Below are positions 38,673-46,378 of a DNA stretch of 64,000 nt, in pieces (within the stretch, counting starts at the first letter, position 1; every line of letters starts with the position of its first letter). Under the pieces are notes generated by a model. It was not told the origin of the DNA. It searched no databases and saw only the letters and a program-made list of their open reading frames with translations. A program made the translations under genes and the position numbers. This stretch comes from Candidatus Zymogenaceae bacterium (GTDB lineage: Bacteria; Desulfobacterota; Zymogenia; Zymogenales; Zymogenaceae), in assembly GCA_016931225.1 (NCBI GenBank), contig JAFGFE010000015.1:2858-66857 (forward strand). The letters run 5' to 3'.

Positions 38673-39407
38673 GTGAAATTCTGGAGTGGTGTCATCGGCG
38701 TGGCGGGTGCGCTCCTTATCATTCTTTCAGCTGCGGCATGGGCCGAGAGTCCGTGGTACTGGCTGGATAAAGGGATTGAGTATTCATCACAGGGGAAGTA
38801 TCGGAAGGCGATCAGGTGTGACACGAAGGCGATAGAGCTCGCTCCCGACTGGGCGTGGGCATATTACTATCGGGCGATTGATTATGCGGATGCGGGCCGC
38901 TCCGATGACGCAATCGATGACTACACGAGGGCCGTCACGCTGGACCCGGAATTTCGTGACGCCTATTACAATCGGGGGATCGTCTACGATGAGATGGGGC
39001 GCTATGGTGATGCCGTCGATGACTATACAAGGGCCATCGATCTGGATCCGGCGTTTGTCGAGGCGTACAACAACCGGGGACTTATCCGCTTGCAGATGGA
39101 CGACTATGAGGGCGCCCTGGAGGACGTCGCCCGTGCCGCCAGTCTCGTCGGCACCGACGAGACGCATCACCTTTCCGTCATCCTCGATACCCGGGCGAAC
39201 ATCTACCGGGAGATGGGGAGATATGACGAGGCTATGGCCGATATCGAGCGGGCGATCGCGCTGGAGGAGAATGCCGCCTCGTACTATACCCGCGGCCTGA
39301 TCTATCGTGACATGGGGGATATGGAGAGGACGGAGGTCGATTTCGAGCGTGCATGCAACGGAGGCGTCACCGAGGCGTGTGCGACCCTGGAGGAGTTGTA
39401 TAAATAG
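38673..39407 (+). CDS. secreted TPR-repeat protein
   Basis: Signal peptide 'MKFWSGVIGVAGALLIILSAAAWA'. Five tandem 34-aa TPR units (e.g. 'AYYNRGIVYDEMGRYGDAVDDYTRAIDLDP'). Confidence 0.7.
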   Translation: MKFWSGVIGVAGALLIILSAAAWAESPWYWLDKGIEYSSQGKYRKAIRCDTKAIELAPDWAWAYYYRAIDYADAGRSDDAIDDYTRAVTLDPEFRDAYYNRGIVYDEMGRYGDAVDDYTRAIDLDPAFVEAYNNRGLIRLQMDDYEGALEDVARAASLVGTDETHHLSVILDTRANIYREMGRYDEAMADIERAIALEENAASYYTRGLIYRDMGDMERTEVDFERACNGGVTEACATLEELYK

Positions 39408-39459
39408 GATTGTGAAAAAGGAGCGTTGGGAAGCGTAAGGATGCCAAGATGTTTTGTCG

Positions 39460-39488
39460 TTGTCAGTACGGGGGGAGGGTGGTACAAT
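39460..39488 (+). promoter_or_regulatory. strong sigma70-like promoter (TTGTCA-17 bp-TG-n-TACAAT) about 300 nt upstream of tsaD
   Basis: TTGTCA at 39460-39465, a 17-nt spacer ending in GGTGG, then TACAAT at 39483-39488. There is no convincing ORF between it and tsaD. Confidence 0.4.
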
Positions 39489-39788
39489 ATGCCGGTGAGG
39501 GGGTGGTCTGCTCTCAGTGTGTGGTTCGATTTGTGTATCAAAAAGCTGAAACGGCGTGACGCTGATTTGCCATACATCGGCGTTTTTTTAGCGCCGCGTG
39601 CCCGGCGGTCACTGTGGGCGGGGATGGGGTGAGTATGCGGTGTCGCAAGCGCCCAGAGGTCGCCGACATCGGAAATGATGTGCGGTGCATGCCGCAACAT
39701 CGGTGGTATCGTGAGCGCCAGGGGCACACGCAGCGCGGCACGGACGGGGAGACCGCCTTATCGATAAGATTTCAGAAAACGGTTCTGC

Positions 39789-40787
39789 ATGTATATTCTC
39801 GGTATTGATACGTCCTGCGACGACACATCGGCGGCGGTGGTGACGGACGATCTCACGATCAAATCCAACATCGTCTCGTCCCAGCATGAGATTCACGGAA
39901 AATTCGGCGGGGTGGTGCCGGAGTTGGCGTCAAGGCGGCATTTGGAAAACATTATCCCCGTCATCGACCACGCCCTGAGGACGGCCGACGTCTCCATCGA
40001 TGAGATCGACCTCATCGCGGTAACCCGTGGACCGGGTCTCGTGGGATCGCTGGTGGTGGGGGTCTCCGCCGCAAAGGCGATCTGTGAGGCGAGGGGGATT
40101 CCCATCATCGGCGTCAATCACATCGAGGGGCACATCACCTCGAGCCTCATGACCGAGCATCCTTTGGAATTTCCCTTCGTGTGCCTCGTGGTGTCCGGGG
40201 GACACACCAACCTCTACCTGGCCGAATCCACCGGCACGTATCGATTGGTGGGCCGGACACGGGACGACGCCGCGGGGGAGGCATTCGACAAGGTGGCGAA
40301 GCTTTTGAATTTGGGATATCCCGGCGGACGCCCCATTGAGGAGAAGGCAAGAGAATACACGGGCGAGACGCTATCCTTCCCCCGGGCGTACCTGGAAAAA
40401 GACTCGTTTGATTTCTCATTTTCCGGCGTCAAGACGGCGGTGAGGAATTATATCAAGAAAAAGGCACGGATTTCGGACATTGATGTGGCCCGGATCGCCC
40501 ACGGCTTCCAGGAGGCGGTGGTTGAGGTGCTGGTGGATAAGACGATTCGCCTCGCGGAGGAACACGGCGTTGACGCCGTGACACTGACCGGGGGTGTTGC
40601 GGCGAACGGCAGGCTGAGGGAGGAGATGGAAAAACAGGCGGTCCGCAACGGCATGCGCGTCGTCGCCCCGCCGATCAAACTGTGCACCGATAACGCCGCC
40701 ATGATCGCCGCCGTGGGTGTCCTGAGGCGGGCCGAGGCGAAGGAGCACGATCTCTTCATGAACGCGATTTCCCGATGGAAACTATGA
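39789..40787 (+). CDS. tsaD: tRNA N6-adenosine threonylcarbamoyltransferase
   Basis: 'ILGIDTSCDDTSAAVV' and the metal-binding 'GVNHIEGH'. 332 aa. Confidence 0.9.
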   Translation: MYILGIDTSCDDTSAAVVTDDLTIKSNIVSSQHEIHGKFGGVVPELASRRHLENIIPVIDHALRTADVSIDEIDLIAVTRGPGLVGSLVVGVSAAKAICEARGIPIIGVNHIEGHITSSLMTEHPLEFPFVCLVVSGGHTNLYLAESTGTYRLVGRTRDDAAGEAFDKVAKLLNLGYPGGRPIEEKAREYTGETLSFPRAYLEKDSFDFSFSGVKTAVRNYIKKKARISDIDVARIAHGFQEAVVEVLVDKTIRLAEEHGVDAVTLTGGVAANGRLREEMEKQAVRNGMRVVAPPIKLCTDNAAMIAAVGVLRRAEAKEHDLFMNAISRWKL

Positions 40788-41329
40788 CCAGAACGAATTC
40801 CTCAAAAGACCTCACTCCCGAATCAGTGAGAGGGGGGAAGGAAGAAAAGCGGCCGCTCTTTGAAAAGGGAGACAGCTTTCGCACCCTCCTGAAGAAGGCG
40901 TTTCTTTCCGACGACAGCCCCCGGCAGATAGCTCTGGGCGCCGCTATCGGGATGTTCGTCGCCTGCTCGCCCTTTATCGGGCTCCAGGCGTGGATCGCCC
41001 TTCCCATCGCCCTGGGAGTGCGGGCGAATAGATTGTCGACCCTCGGGTTCACACTCCTGGCCAATCCCTTCACCATGCCGATACTCTATACCGCAGAAGG
41101 ACTTCTGGGAGGATATATCCTCGGCATCTCTCATCCCCTGCCGTCCGGGGGATTCTCGAATCTGTCCGGCTTTCTCGCCCTGGGAACGGATATCCTCCTT
41201 GCCGTCCTGGCGGGGTTTGTCATTATCGGCGCAGTCAGCGCCGTCATTACCTACGTGGTGACTCTGAATATCGCCGTCGTCATGAAGAGAAAGAAAAAAT
41301 CGAGGCGGGTCGATGACGAAGACGTCTGA
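40775..41329 (+). CDS. DUF2062 family membrane protein
   Basis: 'IALGAAIGMFVACSPFIGLQAWIALPIA' is typical of DUF2062. Overlaps the tsaD 3' end. Confidence 0.55.
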   Translation: METMTRTNSSKDLTPESVRGGKEEKRPLFEKGDSFRTLLKKAFLSDDSPRQIALGAAIGMFVACSPFIGLQAWIALPIALGVRANRLSTLGFTLLANPFTMPILYTAEGLLGGYILGISHPLPSGGFSNLSGFLALGTDILLAVLAGFVIIGAVSAVITYVVTLNIAVVMKRKKKSRRVDDEDV

Positions 41330-42170
41330 TGTCCTGACCGCACTGGGCGCCTCCCCGTACCACGGGAGGGGGCAGCACTTCCTGACCAATAGGAATATCG
41401 CCCAGCGCATCGTGGACATCACGGCGCCGGGACCGGAGAGTGTGGTGGTGGAAATCGGACCGGGGACCGGCGCCTTGACGGATCTGCTCACGGAACGGGC
41501 GGGCCGGGTGATCGCCATCGAGTCCGACCGAAAGCTCGCCTGTTACCTGACCGACGCCTTTCGGGACAGGGCCGAGATCGTCTTCGGCGACGCCCTGTCG
41601 TTTGATTACCGGGAGCTGGGAAAGGGGATCGGCGCTTCCTTCCTGGTGGTGGCGAATCTCCCCTATAATATTTCGACGGAGCTGATATTCAGGCTCCTCG
41701 ACGTCCGGGAGCATGTCGAAAGGATGGTCCTGATGCTCCAGAAGGAGGTGGCCCAAAGGCTCGTGGCGAAACCGGGGACGAAGGAGTACGGGGTGCTGAC
41801 GGTGTTGGTGACGATGCTGTGTGACGTGTCCACGGCCCTTTCCGTGGGACCGGGGAATTTCCACCCAAGGCCGAAGGTCGACTCCCGGGTCGTCGTGTTC
41901 GATATGCTCCGTGAATCACGGGTACCCGTCAAAGATATGCAGCTGTTCCGGCGGGTGGTTCGTGCGTCCTTCGGAACCAGGAGAAAGACCCTTCGCAATG
42001 CCCTTAGGTCCCTCTCGGATATCATCGAACGGGATGCGCTTTCAGAAATCGAGGGGATAACCGGACTGGATTTCACGAGAAGGGGGGAGACGCTGACCAT
42101 CGGCGAATTCGCGATTATCGCCGATACCCTGCATGACATCCTGCACCCGGATGCTCCTGATCAGTCATGA
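41313..42170 (+). CDS. rsmA: 16S rRNA (adenine1518/1519-N6)-dimethyltransferase
   Basis: 'GQHFLTNRNIAQRIV', the SAM motif 'VVEIGPGTGALT', and 'VVANLPYNISTELIFRLL'. Confidence 0.9.
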   Translation: MTKTSDVLTALGASPYHGRGQHFLTNRNIAQRIVDITAPGPESVVVEIGPGTGALTDLLTERAGRVIAIESDRKLACYLTDAFRDRAEIVFGDALSFDYRELGKGIGASFLVVANLPYNISTELIFRLLDVREHVERMVLMLQKEVAQRLVAKPGTKEYGVLTVLVTMLCDVSTALSVGPGNFHPRPKVDSRVVVFDMLRESRVPVKDMQLFRRVVRASFGTRRKTLRNALRSLSDIIERDALSEIEGITGLDFTRRGETLTIGEFAIIADTLHDILHPDAPDQS

Positions 42171-42281
42171 TCCGTCGGGGGAAGAAAGCGGATACCGTAT
42201 GGTGGGAGGCGTGCCGGCCGGGGTTCTGGGGATGGATGAAGGACTCACCACTGTCGTTGTGAAATCTGTCCGGGGATGTGC

Positions 42282-42905
42282 TTATTTTTTTTCCTTGATG
42301 ACGACCCGGGCAAAACCACCGACAAGCTTCTCGAATTCGACGGCGTCGTTTCTCTCCCCCACGATTTCCCCCCAGTGCATGGGAACGGCGCTCACGGCGT
42401 TCATGAGCTTCACAGCCCGGGCGGCCTCGGAGGCGCTCATGGTGTAGGTGCCGCCCACCGGGACAAGGGCAACGTCAGGCCCGATTCCCTCCATCTCAGG
42501 TATAACGTCTGTATCTCCGGTGTGGTAGATCTTGTTCCCGCCCATGGTGAGGACGTATCCGACCCACCGATTTTCCTTCGGATGAAACGACTTGTTCGTA
42601 TTGTACGCGGCGACGGCCGATACCCGGACACCCTTGACATCCAGGGTTTTGCCGGGCGCCGCACGAACCACATCGATATCGCCGGGGACATCCGCATCCC
42701 CGGTGATAACCAGTGTGGTGTCGGGGCCGGTGATTTTCTTGATATCCTCGGGGGAGTAGTGATCGTAATGGGTATGGGTGACGAGGATAAGGTCGGCGGT
42801 GGGGCCGTCGGAAAGATGAAAGGGGTCGAAATAGACGGTGATGTCTCCGTCGATGCGAAACGCCGCATGGCCGAGCCAGGATATGGTATCCATGATATCG
42901 TTCAT
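42282..42905 (-). CDS. MBL-fold metallo-hydrolase
   Basis: 'LILVTHTHYDHYSPEDI' and 'HTGDTD' metal ligands. 207 aa. Confidence 0.75.
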   Translation of the reverse strand: MNDIMDTISWLGHAAFRIDGDITVYFDPFHLSDGPTADLILVTHTHYDHYSPEDIKKITGPDTTLVITGDADVPGDIDVVRAAPGKTLDVKGVRVSAVAAYNTNKSFHPKENRWVGYVLTMGGNKIYHTGDTDVIPEMEGIGPDVALVPVGGTYTMSASEAARAVKLMNAVSAVPMHWGEIVGERNDAVEFEKLVGGFARVVIKEKK

Positions 42906-43366
42906 GACGTAGATATCTCCCGTAATGTTCCGATGAAATGAGTCTCCTTTTTTACAAAATACTATGCCGATACGGTCGTGTCAAGGGTCTTCCATGACGT
43001 CGTGAAGGAAAGGCGTGTGTGGGAGAAAAGGGGGAATGAGGGAGACGAAATCGTTGCATATATATTCCATTGAAATAAACATATGTTGATATTTATGTGT
43101 GTCGAGTCGCAGATTTCTTTTTTATATCTTGACACTTACTGGTGATTGTGATACTGTTTTTAGCATAAAATATTAAAAAAAGTATAGTATTTGCAATGTT
43201 CTTCAGGATGAAGGAAAGACCGTTCAAGAAGTCCTGTCGGGCGGCAATGTAATGCATTTGGGCCGATGGAAACGAACCGTTTTCGGTCATGAATGCATCA
43301 TTTAGTCAATATTCGCTTACATTACACATTTTGTAAAACGTTGATGACCCCGGAACAGGGAGAGAT

Positions 43367-43864
43367 GTGCTTCATCGCGGAAGACATTTTCAGGATTCAA
43401 ACAGGAATCTTGTTATTATTTTCTCGGTGGCTGATATCTTCTTCGCCCTCCAGGCTCAATACCTGGTGGAGATAATCCAGGTATCCGCCGTAGAGCCGGA
43501 GATGGCCGATGATAATTTTGTCGGATCGGTTAATCTCAGGGGATGGTCGATACCGGTATTCAATTTTCGAAAATTCATGCAACTAAGTGACGACATCACT
43601 GTTTCACCAGAGAATACGGCATTACTCAGTATGCTCGTGCTGAGAGGCGATCCGGGTGAATCAAAAAAGATACCATGGATAGGCATAGAAGCGGATCATA
43701 TCTCCGGTGTTGTGGATGAAACGGAATGTCCACAGTTCGGAATGCCGGATAAAGTCAAGGACGAGCAAAGCGACGTATACAAGGGAATTTTGTTACGCGA
43801 AGATACGGTGATTTACCTCCTCAATATCCCCTGGTTGGTTGATACGTTTTCGCCTTTACAATGA
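43367..43864 (+). CDS. CheW-like domain protein
   Basis: GTG start. 'YLVEIIQVSAVEPEMADDNFVGSVNLRGWSIPVFNFRKF' is the CheW core. Confidence 0.7.
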   Translation: MLHRGRHFQDSNRNLVIIFSVADIFFALQAQYLVEIIQVSAVEPEMADDNFVGSVNLRGWSIPVFNFRKFMQLSDDITVSPENTALLSMLVLRGDPGESKKIPWIGIEADHISGVVDETECPQFGMPDKVKDEQSDVYKGILLREDTVIYLLNIPWLVDTFSPLQ

Positions 43865-43885
43865 TAGAATACTCCCCCGGATTAT

Positions 43886-44311
43886 ATGGGATTACTGGAC
43901 GGAAACATTGAGAGGCAATATTTTGTCTTTACCCTGGGGTCAAGATATTTCGGTCTATCAATATCCCATGTACGAAAGGTTATTTCAGTGGAGAGGCTGT
44001 TTCATGCGCCTCTGCTGAAAGAGTATTACCTTGGTTTTTTTATTCACGAAGATGCTCCCGTACCGCTTATCAGCATCAAGAAGCGTCTTGGTTTGGGAGG
44101 AGAAGATATCGGGAAAATGTCGGTGTTGATCACCATCGGATCTGAGACGTTCGGTCTTTCAATCGACGGGAATTATCAGGTTGTAGAGATTGAAAACGAA
44201 CCGGAGCCGATACCCGAAAAATTTACCGGAGCGGTAAGAAAATACTTCATCGGACGCGGCGCAATGAATGAAATGAAATTTATAATCCTCAATGTTGAAG
44301 CATTGATGTAG
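43886..44311 (+). CDS. CheW-like domain protein (second copy)
   Basis: 'QYFVFTLGSRYFGLSISHVRKVISVERLFHAPLLKEYYLGFF' is CheW-like but divergent. 141 aa. Confidence 0.65.
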   Translation: MGLLDGNIERQYFVFTLGSRYFGLSISHVRKVISVERLFHAPLLKEYYLGFFIHEDAPVPLISIKKRLGLGGEDIGKMSVLITIGSETFGLSIDGNYQVVEIENEPEPIPEKFTGAVRKYFIGRGAMNEMKFIILNVEALM

Positions 44312-44382
44312 TATCGATTTGTTTTATGAGTATGGGTATTTTTTTATCGAAACCGAAGTTAAAGAAAAAACGGTAACACACT

Positions 44383-46290
44383 ATGTCAAAAAAGATTCTT
44401 TTGGCGGACGACAGTGTCACCATACAAAAAGTCGTCAGCATCACTCTCGCCCATGAAGACATCGACCTGACGATTGTCGATAACGGCGCGGAAGCGTTTG
44501 CAAAGGCACAGCAGATACAGCCTGATATTATTCTGCTTGACGTCGTTATGCCCGACAAGGATGGATATCAGGTGTGTGAAAAGATAAAGCAGATGCCGGA
44601 ACTTTCCCATATCCCGATTATCCTCCTGACCGGGACGTTTGAACCCTTTGATGAAGAAAAGGCGGAACAGGTCGGAGCGAATGATTACCTCAAGAAACCC
44701 TTTGAGTCCCACGCCCTTATCAATAAAATAAAGGAAATGTCGTTCAAGGGTGCCGGAACTCCCGCCGCATCGCCTGTGCGGCCGGAACATGGTGCACCTG
44801 GCGCTGCGGGAGATTCATCAGGTTTTATCATGGGTGGTGAGATGGAGATCGGATCGGACGCGGCGATCCCTCCTCAACCCAAAGTGGAAAAGTCCGGATT
44901 TGAAACACCCCGGGAATCAGCCCCGGAGATGCAGACACCAAAGGAAGCGCCCGTACAGAGAGGACAGTCAGAGGATATCTGGTCCGTCGAGGAATTTGAA
45001 GATATCGCAGGACCCGCTCAAAAGAGTGAGGATTTCACTCCGGTCCAGGAGGAGTCGGATCCCTGGGGAGATGTGACGATTGAAACCGATTCCGTCCCTG
45101 AAGGATTTGATATCGGATCGGATTATGCAGAAGCAACACCGCAATCGCGGGATGCCGGAGAGCCTTCCCGGACGGGTGAGAGTGCACGGATGGATTCGAG
45201 CGGCTTTGAACTTGGTGAAGAAATATCCGAAGACGAGCTGTCGCAGTTTCTGGATGAAGAGGGGCTTGACATCGACGGGGGGGATGAAGCGACACCCGAG
45301 TTTGTCGCGGCTCCGCTTTCTGAGGGAGAAGTCGGAGCGGATACATCCTTTGATGAGATCGAGTTGGTAGAGGGAGAGCGATCGGTCATTAGTGACGATT
45401 TCAATATGGCGGATTTCGAAGAACCGTCATTGGATACGGCGATGTCTGAAGAAAGAGACGGCGTATTCCAGTTGAGTGACGATGATATGGAAATCCCCCT
45501 GGAAGATGTGGAGGATATCAGCCTCGGAGACGGGATGGATATTTCGGCGAACTTTGATGATGATTTTTCCAGTGAGGCTGAAATTCAGGTATCAGGAGAT
45601 TTCGATGATGTGTCGGTCGAAGACACAGGCTCGGACGATGACTCCTTATCTCTCGATGACGTGGAGATACCGCCGGAATTCATGGAGGATATTTCCGAAG
45701 AAGAGCCGGATCTCGACCGGCGGGAAACGCCGGAATCCGCTTTCGAGATGGATGTGACAGAACCGTTTGAGCCGGAAACGAGAACGATTTTCGATGAAGT
45801 TGAAATGCCCGAAACATCCGGCAACGATGACATGTTCATTCCGGACGACTCCACAGATACTGATTTCCTCTGGGAAAACAATTCTCAAGGAGATGCGTCG
45901 AATCAGTTTACGGATGATATCGATGTCGACACCGCCGAGATTGATACATCCTTTTCAGAGAGAAGCGAAGAATTTGAAAGTCAGCACCGTTTCGAGTCGA
46001 CTCGAATGCCTGAAAGGCTTCAAGATGATTCGGAATTCGACATTCAGGAGGAAACGGCGAACGTCGATGAGCAGATTATAACACGGGCCATGGAGGAGGT
46101 AAGCTCCAGGGTGGCGGGCTCGATGCCCGGAGGTTTGGGCGGGGCCGAGCCGGGTACCGAAGAATATGACCAGGCGGTGAACAAAATCGCCCGTGAGATC
46201 ATTGAAAAGGTCGCATGGGAGGTGGTTCCCGAGCTGGCGGAGGTGCTGATAAAGGAAGAGATAAAGCGGCTTAAGGGAGAAAAGGGTTAA
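44383..46290 (+). CDS. response regulator: receiver domain + ~450-aa acidic disordered region + conserved C-terminal helix (RomR-like architecture)
   Basis: Canonical REC residues ('LLADDS', 'LLDVVMPDKDG', 'LLTG', 'KKPF'). Residues ~125-575 are very D/E-rich with repeated '[DE]-[VM]-E-[IM]-P-x-E' motifs. The last ~50 aa are 'AREIIEKVAWEVVPELAEVLIKEEIKRL'. Confidence 0.8.
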   Translation: MSKKILLADDSVTIQKVVSITLAHEDIDLTIVDNGAEAFAKAQQIQPDIILLDVVMPDKDGYQVCEKIKQMPELSHIPIILLTGTFEPFDEEKAEQVGANDYLKKPFESHALINKIKEMSFKGAGTPAASPVRPEHGAPGAAGDSSGFIMGGEMEIGSDAAIPPQPKVEKSGFETPRESAPEMQTPKEAPVQRGQSEDIWSVEEFEDIAGPAQKSEDFTPVQEESDPWGDVTIETDSVPEGFDIGSDYAEATPQSRDAGEPSRTGESARMDSSGFELGEEISEDELSQFLDEEGLDIDGGDEATPEFVAAPLSEGEVGADTSFDEIELVEGERSVISDDFNMADFEEPSLDTAMSEERDGVFQLSDDDMEIPLEDVEDISLGDGMDISANFDDDFSSEAEIQVSGDFDDVSVEDTGSDDDSLSLDDVEIPPEFMEDISEEEPDLDRRETPESAFEMDVTEPFEPETRTIFDEVEMPETSGNDDMFIPDDSTDTDFLWENNSQGDASNQFTDDIDVDTAEIDTSFSERSEEFESQHRFESTRMPERLQDDSEFDIQEETANVDEQIITRAMEEVSSRVAGSMPGGLGGAEPGTEEYDQAVNKIAREIIEKVAWEVVPELAEVLIKEEIKRLKGEKG

Positions 46291-46317
46291 TCGCCTTTTC
46301 ATAGCGCACTAAAAAAA

Positions 46318-46347
46318 CAGGGGAACACATATTCCCCTGATTTTTTT
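46318..46347. terminator. bidirectional rho-independent terminator
   Basis: A7 run, then a perfect 8-bp stem CAGGGGAA-CACATA-TTCCCCTG, then a T7 run. Confidence 0.8.
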
Positions 46348-46378
46348 ACATAGCGGACGACATACGAGATCACAGAAT

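Noticed and set aside
37539-38824. N-terminal 100-aa extension of the xseA ORF to 38824
   Set aside because: The extension has no similarity to XseA, which begins at the OB-fold. A GTG at 38524 gives a canonical N-terminus and leaves a sensible divergent promoter region. The extension would also overlap the TPR gene region.
44755-46110. Acidic repeat region considered as an assembly or low-complexity artefact, or as a separate gene
   Set aside because: The frame is continuous with the receiver domain and a conserved C-terminal helix. Codon usage matches the neighbouring genes, and the repeats are degenerate rather than identical.
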